This document shows, piece by piece, positions 27,776 to 39,298 of a stretch of DNA of 64,000 nucleotides; within the stretch, counting starts at the first letter, position 1; every line of letters begins with the position of its first letter. The stretch lies in NCBI RefSeq assembly GCF_009914755.1, contig NC_060936.1. One strand, 5' to 3'. This stretch comes from the human T2T-CHM13v2.0 reference genome, Homo sapiens. The position numbers were made by a program, and so were the translations under genes. Under the pieces are notes generated by a model. That model worked only from the letters and a program-made list of their open reading frames with translations. It had not been told where the DNA came from and did no database searches.

Positions 27776-27956
27776 GCTGGATGTGATGGCAAGTGCCTAT
27801 TGTCCCAGCTACTCAGGAGGCTGAAGCAGGAGGATTGCTTGAGCCCAGGAGTTCAAGGTTACAGCTATGATCATACCACTGCACTCCACCTTGGGTGACA
27901 GAGTGAGACCCTATCTCACGAAAAAAACTGTAAAAAAAAAAAAAAAAAAAAAGAAA
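27776..27956 (+). mobile_element. FLAM/Alu monomer with long A tail
   Basis: Monomer sequence; TSD agaaa(g/a)ttaatttga. Confidence 0.9.
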
Positions 27957-28999
27957 AGAAAATTAATTTGAACTCTATTTCACCTGTGGAGAAAACGAGA
28001 TACAGTGATATTCCCAAAATGGCATACTGAGTTTCACAGGGAGGTCAGGATTAGAACCCAAATATCCCTCCTCTAATTTTCTTTACAGTGGGCCATGATC
28101 TCCCCCCAATCCCCTCCATTAATAGGAATTAGAGAAGTTGTAACAGTAAATGAATCCCGAAATGTACAATGGAAAGTTGTACAGTAAATGAATACTGAGA
28201 TGTAGTGAAGTTGTACAGTAAATTAATACTAAATACTATGTTCATTTTCACAAAAAGTGCTTCTAGTTAATTTACTTCAACATGTTGGGCTAATTTTGGA
28301 GATGTACAACATTTGGAACCAGAACAGTCATTTCATTTCTAAGACTCATTGTTTTAAAATTTAACTCTTCATGCCCAAAGAGACATCTTCTTTCACAGGC
28401 CCCTTCATGATGAATGATACTCCTTCCTTGACTCTTCCAATGTACAGTCATTTTCCAATGGCAGACTGCAAAAGACTAGATGTTTCAACTAAACCAAACA
28501 CTAACAGTCCTTTGAGTGCTGAGCACCATAACTGGTGAAGACAATGGCTGCTTGGAAAAGTGACTTTATCCTTAGGAGATTTCTCCATTCCCTTGAGATT
28601 TCTTCCCTTTCATACAACTGTGACCACTTTGTTCAGATCTTAGAGGCTCAATCTCTCTATAGTAAAAATAAAATAAAACCTTCTATCTCAAAGGATTTTT
28701 TAGTATCTTTATTTAAGGGGTGTGTCTTTTACAGAAACGTAGAAATTTGTAGAGGAGGATGAGAAATTAATATTAGTTCTATGAACAAAATAGCCTTTGC
28801 TGTGGTTTGGGTTCTATTCTGTTTTTGATGACTAAGAATCATAACTAATAATGGCCTCTTCAAAATACATTTCTTTTAAGAGCCTGATTGATGGTTATCA
28901 CAGCTTTCCTCATTCATTCGTTAGTTATCAAGTGACGAAGTCCTTTTAAGTTCATTCCTAAAATTTCCATCTCTGCTTAGAATTTGATAACATTGAACT

Positions 29000-29225
29000 T
29001 AAAATCAGACATTTTGAGAGGCATGTAGAAATTGTGTTTTGTGACCTGTGCTTTCCAGAAATGGCTATGTTAAGATACAAAGTTGTAATTAGAATCACAC
29101 AGACAGAAATGGTGAATCTTCTTGAGGAAACCTTGAGAAACTTGAATATTTTGCAACTTAGAAAATTGGAAAATGAGAAAATGGAGGAACCAGAGGGTCA
29201 TAAGACAGTTCTCAAACTGTAGATA
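29000..29225 (+). mobile_element. CR1/L3 LINE fragment
   Basis: Translation LLEETLRNLNILQLRK...TVLK resembles the CR1 ORF2 C-terminal motif YEERLKELGLFSLEKRR...VFK. Confidence 0.45.
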
Positions 29226-30400
29226 GCCTTTAGTAAATTGCCATTTTAACACTTTGTCTGGCTTGCATAATTATCTCCAGCCTTAACTATATTGGCTACC
29301 ATTCTTTCCTAAACATCAGCTGGCTTCAACAGAGCAGTGATTCTCTGACCCATTAGCACTCACCTTACAAGTCAACATCACATTATCACCCACCACCATT
29401 CTTGTATTTCACAATCATGTAAATATCCTACCACAAACCACCCTGCCCTCCCATGAACACCTAACATTACCACTTGTTGGCTGACTTAGCCTCTTCCCTT
29501 CCTCAGCCTTGGTATATTATTAGTGGTGTTATGGGAAAAAACAGCATGGAGTCAAGAGAATGAGTCAATCCAAGAGAGGCTGCAGGTCTGAGGAGTTAGG
29601 TCACAAGTAGTCATTCTTCCCCATTTTCATTCTGTGACGTGTTTGCCAAAGTGTGGTGGAGTAAAGGGTATGTAGGTCTCAAAAGAGTGCCCTTTGGAAC
29701 CAATAAGATTCTGATGGTCATGGTGTACCAGGTAGAGATTGCAGGACAGGGCCAGAACTTTCAACGTACTGTTCAATATGTATCCACCTCCTTTCAGAGA
29801 CTTCCTTCCCTGATCATTCCCCTTTGTGCTCAGCCCTCATATTATCACTCAACCTGCCTGAACTTTTGTCCCATGTAGTGACCTAGAGCAACATTATTTG
29901 AAGAGATGGAGATGGAGGGAGAAGTAGAGATAGAGGCCATGAACTGGTAGGAAAGTAGTAAAGGATGGACCACAGGGTGGGCAATTATTAGCAAAAAGGA
30001 GGATGTGGCAGGAGTGAGGAGCAGGAAATGAAGACAGGAAGGTAAGGTACTACCAACTCTGGACATAAAGACAAGAGATATTTAACAACAGATAAGATCA
30101 CCTCCATGAAATTTAGCTGGCATAAATAAGCATTAAGGTCAGAATTTGGAGTTAAATCTAACATCGTTTTTTGCTCACTCCCAAGTTACTATACAAGTCT
30201 TTGCCTTATTCTTATTGCGTATACATCATCATCATTATTATTATCATTAAAATATTTGACTATCTACTAAGTACATTAGAAATTCAGGCCATTCCTCAAG
30301 TTCCCAGTGAACTTCATGTTTATCTTACACTAGGGAACTAGATGGCTGGAGAGGAGAAGATGTGAAGTCAACATTAGGCTTCGTGAGTCTGATCTATTTC

Positions 30401-30617
30401 CTCGACCTCCTGGGCTCAAGGAACCCTCCCACCTTAGCCTTCTGAGTAGCTGGGACTACAGGTGCATGCCACGACACCCTGGTTATTTTTTATTTTTTGT
30501 AGAGACAGGGTCTCACTATATTGTTCAGGCTAGTCTTGAACTCTTGGCCTCAAGTGATCCTTCCACCTAAGCCTCCCAAAATGTTAGGATTACTGTTGTG
30601 AACCACTGCACCTGGCC
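30401..30617 (-). mobile_element. AluJ lacking its 3' end and poly-A tail
   Basis: Alu 5' end at 30617; stops mid right arm; flanked by gatctatttcct direct repeats. Confidence 0.92.
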
Positions 30618-30892
30618 AGATCTATTTCCTGATACATCTTTATCTCTTAGTAGGCACTCAAGAAATGCTTGGTGAGGGAATGAATGAGTGAGTGATTGTA
30701 AAGTGAATACTTCTACTGCCCCGGCAGGATTACCTTTTAGTGAAGACAACATAGACGTGTTCTCCCCCAGCACAAACTTAATGAGGGTGCTACATCTTTT
30801 ATTTGATAAAATGAATCCATCCTTTCCTTATTCTTTTGCATAGCATTGGTGCAATAACTATGATGGTATAAAAGGAGATACAGTTCTAGACA

Positions 30893-31337
30893 TGTGTAGT
30901 GGATGCTGTGGTGAGCCGCACAGATCACCCCAAAGTCATTAGCTTCTCCCAGCTCTGAGTATGTTGACAGCTAAGAGCTCTTAGATGAATCCCACCCACC
31001 AACCAGCCCAGAAATCTCCCTCTGCTCAAATGAGCCATCTTGCCCACGAGCATGCACCTTTCCTATGTGCAGCTTGCAACATCAGATGTTCAATGTTGGG
31101 GTATAGAGGCCTGGGTCTCATTCTCCAATTTGGGGTACTCTACAAGGAAACCTCAGCACCAAATATCCACATGGGATAATCTAAGCCTTTGTTGTGACTG
31201 CATCGCAGCCTAACTTATATTTCTGTGGAACCCTACTTTCTTTATTTCTTCACAGATCCCCAGACGCTCCCCAATAAACTCCTTGCAATGGAATTTAGTT
31301 GCAGAGTCTTCTTGGAAAACATGACCCGTAATACAAT
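30893..31337 (+). mobile_element. ERVL LTR (LTR16-like)
   Basis: Ends ctccccaataaactccttgca...cagagtcttcttggaaaac...taataca. Confidence 0.65.
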
Positions 31338-32459
31338 GTTAATTTTAAAATTAACAATTTTAAAATTGTTACTTCACCACAGCTTGAATTATGTCAAACG
31401 TGCTCTATTTTTTCTTCCTTAAGTGTATGCTAACACCATATTACCATTTTAAGACCAGTGGGCTAATGTAGAAATTAAATCCTGCTATTAAGATTTAGTG
31501 AAATTGTTTGGATAATTAAACATTAAAGCCTGGATTCCACACAACTTTTCATAAACTATAGAAGTGGCTTAACACCCTCATCCTTTACTCACACATATCC
31601 TTCCACCCCTAGTATGACTCAGATATTTCATTGTCAAGGCCACAAAAACAATGACTTCTTGTTCCAGAACAGAAAGAAAAGAGAGACCTATCTTAGAAGT
31701 GATTCGAAGGAGGGTGAATCACCTTCAAATTTACAGAGGTATGATTTTAAAATTCACTTGCTTCTTTGATTTCCAGAGTACCTTTTTTCCAAAAGTTCAA
31801 CACTCAAAAGGTGTTCGTGTTTAACTTTCTCCTTTTCCAATTCTCTAGGTCTCGCCATGTAAGGTTTCTGCAATTAGGAGCCATGAGTCAGATCCATCCC
31901 ACTTCCAGTCTTACTTTTCTCTGTTTAGAAAACCAGATATTTTCAGAAAGGTGAAATAAATAGGACTGGTTCCAAATTCAATTGTGAAATAAAGTTAGCT
32001 TATGATGGTTGTGGACTGTTTCCTTTGTGGCTCCTCCTCCCCCAGCTCTGGGGCCCCCTCAGCCCACGGCCAGCCTCCTGCCCAGTCCCCTCCACAACAT
32101 ACCTCTTTCTTTGTGTATTGCTTTCCCTGTTTGGCTGCTTTCTGTCCGTGACTCAGAACCATTCTGGTGGCTTCCATGTTGCCTGTTGTCACTACAACTG
32201 AAAAGTCTCTGTTCTATAGCTCATCATCCAATCATCACCAATTGCTCTCTCTCTCTCAGAGGGCAGCTTTGCCTGCCACACTCATAGTTGTTTAATGAAT
32301 ATTTAAATGAGTGAATGAGTATATAAATAAACTACTCTCTCTCAATACGCTACATAGCCCTCATCCTACCCCTGACTGCTCAAGGTATATGTGTATTAAG
32401 ATGGGCCTGATGAATGCAGCCTTCCCTTCTGGCATGACCCAATAGGCGAGGAAGGACAG

Positions 32460-33040
32460 GAATCCCCTGACAAGTGGACGTTGGGGCTGTTTTACTATGT
32501 ATTTCTAATGCTTTGACATCTGGGACTTTGCTTACCTTGGAGAGATTGCCCCTCCCTCCTAGAGATAGCCAATTCCTGGAGATAGTAATAAACTCACCTG
32601 CTAGTATAGCTTTTATATGCAAACCAACCAGTCCAGAGTCCATACCCCAACTATCTCCTTACTGGACTCTCATGGGGCTCTCACATGCTGGGCTACCACC
32701 CAGCCACTCCACCCAGGGCCAGGTTCCAGGCAACAAGGGAAAGCTCCTATGCCCCAGAGCCTGCTGAAATTATCGAAACCAGCCAATCCTAAGCCTCCTT
32801 ACCCTCCTAACCCTTTCCCATTTCTTCCCATGGAGACCATAATAAAGGCCCTTGTCATTTCACCTTTACTCCTTCTGCCTTCTGACTGACCCTGATACTT
32901 CCCTATGTGGCCCTGCACAGCATGGCATGCTGCCTCCTCTTGGGAACTGTGAGTAATAAACTATCTTTCAAATGGCTATCTTTTTTGATCTGTTGGCCAC
33001 CCCATACCTAGAAAACAATAAAAGCTACATTTAAAATCTG
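32460..33040 (+). mobile_element. ERV1 LTR (MER31/MER67-like)
   Basis: gctttgacatctggg...gcccctccc...agccaattcctggagatagtaa; ggaactgtgagtaataaac. Confidence 0.65.
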
Positions 33041-33620
33041 TTATCTCAAATACTTTTTCAGCCTCAAAGAAACAGCCTGAATGAAGTCTCTGCCTTCCCG
33101 TAAGTTCTAACAATTAGAGAAATGATTATTTCCCAGAGAAGGCAATGTAGTATTAACTTAAGAGAAAAGTAATAGCCAAACTTTACTTAATAGGGATTAT
33201 CACCCTGGGATCTCAAGCAATCCTAATAATTATTACATTAACCTTAATAAACTAAAGTTCAAAGATAAAAGTAATTTTTCCAGTGTCATAGAGACACATA
33301 CATAGAATAGGTGAGACTCAAACCCAAACTTTCCAGTCATTCCTTTGAATCCTGCTTCAGTCCCGCTCCTTCCATCATAGTCTTCCAAATATGTTAACAT
33401 CTTTTTCAAATTTATATTGTATAATATTATCACTTCCTTCGTACTCTAAAGAAAAAGTATGGCAGTCTTGTCAGTGAGGGCCATTGAATGATTCCACAAT
33501 GAAAAATAGCTGAGATGTATCCAGACATCTCAACAATAACATAGCCCTGGGGAAATGGATGTAGACCTGGCAAAAGATTCTCAAGACAGAGAAAAAATTG
33601 CAGATGTTTATAAGATCTGA

Positions 33621-33950
33621 TTTTTTTTTTTTTTTTTGAGACAGAGTCTCTCTCTGTTGCCCAGGCTGGAGTGCAATGGCAGGATCCAGGATCTCGGCTC
33701 ACTGCAACCTCCACCTCCCAGGTTTAATCGATTCTCCTGCCTCAGCCTGCTGAGTAGCTGGGATTACAAGCCTGCACCACCATGCCTGGCCAATTTTTTT
33801 TTTTTTTTTTGTATTTCTTGTTTTTTTTTTTTTAAGGAGAGACAGGGTTTCGCCATGTGGGTCAGGCTGGTCTTGAACTCCTGACCTTGTGATCTGCCCG
33901 CCTTGGCCTCCCAAAGTGCTGGGATTATAGGCATGAGTCACTGTGCCCTT
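33621..33950 (-). mobile_element. Alu (AluS)
   Basis: Full reverse Alu; TSD aagatctgat. Confidence 0.96.
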
Positions 33951-35399
33951 CTAAAGATCTGATCTTTAATAAATGGGTGAATCTTTACAAATTTCTTCTT
34001 TCTGAAGTCCCATTCTTTGGTTATGAGACCCCCGGAGCTACAAAGAACAGGACTGCCTATGAAGACCGGCAAAAGTAACTGGCAGTTATGAAGAACTACA
34101 AGATGAGAAGGAAGGATTCACTTCAATATTATACACATACAAATAAGTATATAAAATAATATAATAAAATTGTTATTGAATGTCAGCAAGTAGAAAAATG
34201 CATTGTAAAGATGTTAAGACCCATGTGGTCCATTTTGATTATTGTTTTTGAGGGGAACACTTCAAGAAAAATAATTGAAAAATTAGCACAATATCAAACA
34301 AAATGTAGCTCATGGGTCCTACTATAGTTTGGGTTCCAACTATTTTAAGCAAGAAAGAGGAAAAGTTGGGAAAGAATGAGGCGAGAAAAACAATGAAGTA
34401 AATCAAATGATAAAAACCAAATGATGAGAGTTAGATTGTGAGTATGGGGGAAAGATGGCTAGATAAAGGGGCTTCAGTGCAGCCAGCAAGTGGTTAAAGG
34501 CATGGTTTGAGGAGGGCATCTGGAAGCTGTTAAGAATTTCCACAAAGGGTGGGCAAGAAGAAATAGCTTGCATGGCCAGAGGACCTCAGCTGGATATCAG
34601 GAAGAATTTCCTGACCGTAAATGTCAAGAGCTCTCGTTTACAGGATCCAAAGGAGCCTTCTGGGATGTGCCTATCTTAGGAATATTTTTCAGCCTCAAGC
34701 GAGAAGCTGTTTGGGTGGTTTTCTGCAGCCCTGGGTTGGACTGTGTGACCTCCACAGAATACCTTGGTCTCGTTGCTGAAGGGCACGCCTTACACTGGGG
34801 CTTTCACAGTGTGGTTGCCAGCAGCTGACTCCCGCCCAGGGGCTGTGGAGTTTTCCCCACAGAAAGAACAACTGAGCCTTTCACTCCCTGTTCCTCACTT
34901 GGACCAGTCCTTAGGTACATCTGTGGTTTTTCAGCTCTTCAGCACTTAGGCACTTTCCTCCTGAGCCAAGGGCCTCCTGGGAACAATGCAGCATCTGTGT
35001 GTTGATAGTAACAGCCTATGGGCCAGAGTCACTCAGCCAAGCTCTCCTTTCACCACACAGGAGCTGGATCACACACCTTACCTGCAATAATCCAAGGCTT
35101 AGTCAGCCTCAGCCCGTCCCACTGCCAGTGCCCTGCTTCTCCTATCTGCTCCCCAACCTTTCACCTAATTTGCTTCCTAGCTCAGTTGCCACATTTGTTC
35201 CAATCCTCATGCAGGATGGTCTCTATTTTCCACCCATCCCACCCACAGAGTGAACAAAAACATGTTAGTGGCTTATGGTCTGACACGAAACAGTGGGCAC
35301 TGCAGAGGGAGGAACATGCTGCTTAGTTGGGCAGCTGGGTATTTACAAAAGGTTTGGCCTGCAAAGAGATGCCAGCCTTCTCCTATAACATGATTGCCT

Positions 35400-35409
35400 T
35401 TTATTTATT
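35400..35409 (-). terminator. ERP27: ERP27 polyadenylation signal (overlapping AATAAATAAA); 3' UTR ~35385-36080
   Basis: tttatttatt on the + strand, ~670 nt downstream of the stop. Confidence 0.75.
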
Positions 35410-35900
35410 ATGCAGGTTGTTGATTTACATAGGGAGTTGGAGATGCTAACCAAGCATGGAGTTTTCACATGGTCTATTTCTGCTGAGTTCAGGGACTTGG
35501 AGACAGCCTTTAACTTCTGGCAAAAAGACAATTTCACAAAGGTGTTTAAAACCATCCTTTGGTTTTTGATCCTGAGTCAGAGACGGACATGTGCTTATGA
35601 AAGAAGGTAGAGTTTCAACCCTTAGGTAACCTTAAAAGAGCAGGAACTATGTTGTGTGTAAGTCATGTGCAGTATACAAACTTGATATTAAATGACAAAT
35701 TGGAACAATCTTTCTCTAGGAATGCCTCTCTTTCATAGAGGCATCACAGTGAGTCTCTTAAAGCCTTGATCTAGGTGTGTTACAGATGGGCTTACAGAGT
35801 ATGAATGCACGATAAGAAGGAAATTGGATAGGGAGTGAGGATATGAAATTTAAAAGAAGGAAGAAGAGAAAACGAGATTTTAAGACAGGAAATGAAGCTC

Positions 35901-35974
35901 TGTGTGTGTGTGTGTGTGTGTGCGCGTGTGTGTGTGCACGCGTGCGTGCGTGTGTGCACGTGCGTGTGTGTGTG
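35901..35974 (+). repeat. Compound (TG)n/(CG) alternating repeat in the ERP27 3' UTR
   Basis: 74 bp of unbroken pyrimidine-purine alternation. Confidence 0.97.
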
Positions 35975-36080
35975 GTTGGCAGGCCTAGTGATCCTGTTGT
36001 TTAGTGTCTCTGAGATTTGAGTTGTGCCTTTTTACTTTGCATAAAGTAGATACTTGGCCATATGTAGTTCCAAGGAGAAG

Positions 36081-36128
36081 TCAGAGTTCCACCTTTGGAG
36101 TCTTTCCTTCTGATTCACGATTTTCTTT
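36081..36128 (-). CDS. ERP27: ERP27 coding exon 7 (KENRESEGKTPKVEL*, KDEL-like ER retrieval signal)
   Basis: ttttccAG acceptor; TGA at 36083-36081; the seven exons sum to 273 aa; no CxxC (non-catalytic PDI family). Confidence 0.97.
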   Translation of the reverse strand, partial: KENRESEGKTPKVEL

Positions 36129-36439
36129 CTGGAAAACATTATAACAATGATATTTAGATTAGTAAACTGAGCTGTTTACTCCTGGAAGTCCTAAATCCTT
36201 CTTTAATTTTTATCTCATGAACCCTGTTATATGAAGTTTGATTTGTTGCCCATTAATGCTTTACACTAAATGCTGAAATCCAAAATTCAGCCTCTGAATA
36301 TGCAAGGCCTTTCCAAACATGCTTTTCTAGTTTGAGTCTCACGATATATCCTAACAAGCATCCTGACTCCGGCCACCATATCCTCATAGACTTTTGCTTT
36401 TAATCAAATCTAGTAGAGCCCAAATAATTTTTTTAACTT

Positions 36440-36760
36440 TAATTTTTTTGCTTTTATCTTTGTTTTTAATTGACACATAATAGTTACGTTTTTATGGGGT
36501 ACAGAGTGATATTCTATACATGTATACAGCTTGTAATGATCAAATCAGGACAATTAGCATATCCATTGCTTCAAACATTTATCATTTCTTTGTGTTGGAA
36601 ACATTCAAAATCTACTCTTCTAGCTATTTGAAAATATATAATACATTGTTCTTAATGACAGCCACCCTGTAGTGCTACAGAACACTAGACATTCCTCCTA
36701 TCTATCTGCACTTGGTATCCATTAACCAACATTTTGCTCTCCTCCCTCTCTGAGCCCAAA
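36440..36760 (-). mobile_element. L1MA 3' end in ERP27 intron 6
   Basis: tttatggggtacagagtgatatt...aatgatcaaatcagg...ttctagctatttgaaaatata. Confidence 0.85.
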
Positions 36761-36834
36761 GAATTCTTATTCAACTGGAAATAAAAGGGACATAGAAAGA
36801 AAACAATTTGCTTTACCTGCAGTCTCACACTTAC

Positions 36835-37032
36835 CAACAATTTTCCACTTAGGAATCCATCACAAAAGTTTTGCACATGCTCTACGGAAACTTCTGCTGT
36901 GGGCAGTGTATCCCACTCGTCATCTAGAGTCTGGTAAATTGCCAAAGCTGGCAGTTGAGACTCCTTTAGTTTGAAAAATGATATCACCTTCCCATTTTCT
37001 TTCATACCACTGTCCACCAGAATAAAGAGAAT
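36835..37032 (-). CDS. ERP27: ERP27 coding exon 6 (ILFILVDS...DDEWD...GFLSGKLL; b' domain with PDIA3/ERp57-binding DEWD)
   Basis: ctgcAG acceptor; TTG|gtaagt donor; 198 nt. Confidence 0.97.
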
Positions 37033-37177
37033 CTGCAGTTGGGGAAGTTTGAAAGAAAAAGTTCTATCTGAGGTGACGTCCAGGGATAAAGAGATACCTT
37101 GTAATTGTTGCAGCTCACACTGATTGAATTTATGGTCTGCACCATGAAATTGAAATCTTGAGTTAAAATAAATTATT

Positions 37178-37530
37178 GCAGCTGTAACAAAGAACAAAAT
37201 CATGTCTTTTGTGGGAACGTGGATGGGGCTGGAGGCTATTATCCTTAGCAAACTAACACAGGAAGAGAAAACCAAATATCACATGTTCCCACTTCTAAGT
37301 GGGAGCTAAATGATGAGAACTCCTGAACACAAAGAAGGGAACAACAGACACTGTGGTCTACTTGGGGGGTGGAGGGTGGGAGGAGGGGGAGGAGCAGAAA
37401 AGATCACAATTTGGTGCTGGGCTTAATGTGTGGGTGATGAAATCATCTGTACAACGAAGTCCCATAACACAAGTTCAACTACGTAATAAGCCTTCACATG
37501 TACCCCTGAACTTAAAAGTTAAAAAAAATG
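37178..37530 (+). mobile_element. L1PA/PB 3' UTR end in ERP27 intron 5
   Basis: atcatgtcttttgtgggaac...aagtgggagctaaatgatgagaac...cacatgtacccctgaacttaaaag. Confidence 0.9.
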
Positions 37531-37629
37531 AATTTCCTATTATTTTGTGTTGCTTTGATGTTTTATCCCTTTGACGAGATTGATTTAATTTTAAGAACAT
37601 AGAATTGGAAATTACTTTAGTGATTACCT

Positions 37630-37850
37630 AAGAAAGGAAGTATAGCCTAATGGTTAGGAGCAGAGAGCACGTTTTAAATTCTGCCTCTGGTACTCTCTAG
37701 TTACGTGAGTTTGGGCACATTACTCAGCCTCTCCGAGACTCAGTTTTCTCATTGGCAAAATGGGCTTTTGGTGGGGGAAATTAAATGAGGTAACGCATTA
37801 ATATTTTTATTCAGCTTTTGGCCTATAGTAAGTGCTTGATAAATGTAGAT
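37630..37850 (+). mobile_element. MIR
   Basis: tatagcctaatggttaggagc...ctcagttttctcattggcaaaatggg. Confidence 0.75.
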
Positions 37851-38523
37851 TATTTTATATTATTAAATCAAACCTTCAACCCAAAGTAGAAATCTTCTTT
37901 ATAATATTCTGATCAGATGATTGTCTACTTTCAGTAACACTAAATACTTTCAGTGTTAGAGAACCAACCATCAGAAAGGCGCTTATTTTATTACCAGACA
38001 GTTCTCATCATTAGAACAGTCACTAGTTAGGCACAGTAGCCTTGAAGTAGTTGAAGTTTTACTATTTCAGTAATATCAAGCAGAACTCCACAAAGGAGGG
38101 GAGGGAAAGAAAGAAATATTCATTGTATATTGAGCAGGCACCAGGTACTTGATAGGTGTTTTATATGAGAAATAAGCCCTGAGGTCTAAATCTCTATGAA
38201 ATTATGGGAAGGATTAAACAAATGGTGACTTAGAGGTGATTTTGCTTTCAGTCTCTTTGGATCTCTATTTTCTCTCTACTAATCAATGCAGGAAAAAACC
38301 CACACTTAATCACTACAGGAAGATATAATTACATATGCCTTTAATATGATAAAATACAACATCTCTAATTTCAAATAATGTGATTTATTATGTCCTACTT
38401 CTTGCTTTGCTATCTCCTAACCATAGTTGTTTTCCTTATTTATCTCTGCTTCCTAGCCCCATCTCCCTTTTCCTAGTGTCCTGGAGGTGTGTATGCAATA
38501 GGATATTCCCATTCTTGCCTTAC

Positions 38524-38649
38524 CTTCCCCTGGAAGAGCTTGGCTGCCTTCTGGTATCTGTGCATGTTCTCTTCATACTCTGGGGAGGCCTTGTTCATTA
38601 TCAGGAGGAGATGAATCTGAATTACGCTGTTGAATAACCCAATCACAGT
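38524..38649 (-). CDS. ERP27: ERP27 coding exon 5 (TVIGLFNSVIQIHLLLIMNKASPEYEENMHRYQKAAKLFQGK)
   Basis: ttgccAG acceptor; AAG|gtaagg donor; 126 nt. Confidence 0.97.
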
Positions 38650-38759
38650 CTGGCAAGTCGAAATGTGTTACAGTAGAGTGAAAGCGAGAAAGAATGCATT
38701 AGTACCTGGGAAGGAGTGAATAGGTAGATTGAAACTTAAATGAGAGCTGGCCACTGGTA

Positions 38760-39298
38760 ACACAAATGGAACTAGCTTCCAAGATGGCTCTCAGTTAAGT
38801 CTTACCATCTCGTTTTCATGCAACTGTGTAGATCCTTCCTTCCCACCCTGAATGGGGCAGAACTGAGTAACCAAGACAATGTTGCAGAAATGATGGAGTG
38901 TGACTTCCAAGGTGAAGTCTTAAAAGACATTATGGTTTCTGCTCTTCTCTCTATCTCTCACTCTGAGGAATACCAGCCCCAGTGTAGGGCACTCAAGCAG
39001 TCCTCTGAGGAGAAACGCATGGCCAGGAACTAAGTCCTTCTACTAAGAGCCAGCATTGACTTGCTATCCATGTGAGGGAGCCATCTTGGGAGCAGATCCC
39101 CAGCTCCAGTTGAGCCTTCAGATGACTGCAGCCCTGACCAATGACTGCAACCTCCCAAGAGACCTCAAACCAGAAGCACCTAGCCCTAGCCACCCCAAAT
39201 TGGATGACCTGCAGAAACTGCATGAGATTATCAATGTTTTTTATTTGAAACTCCTAAGATTTGGAGTAATCTGTTTTGCAGCAATAGACAACTAATAC
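38760..39298 (+). mobile_element. MaLR LTR (MLT1-type)
   Basis: ccagttgagccttcagatgactgcagccc...gcagcaatagacaactaataca. Confidence 0.8.

Noticed and set aside
28135-28235. Repeat-spacer pattern as a CRISPR-like array
   Set aside because: Human DNA, only three degenerate copies, no unique spacers and no cas genes.
36685-37275. 196-aa ORF as a standalone gene
   Set aside because: It is ERP27 exon 6 plus intronic and L1-derived flanks; the start lies in an antisense L1 fragment.
36440-37530. Oppositely oriented L1 ends around exon 6 as a dsRNA stem
   Set aside because: Different L1 subfamilies and mostly non-homologous 3' UTR portions; little pairing expected.
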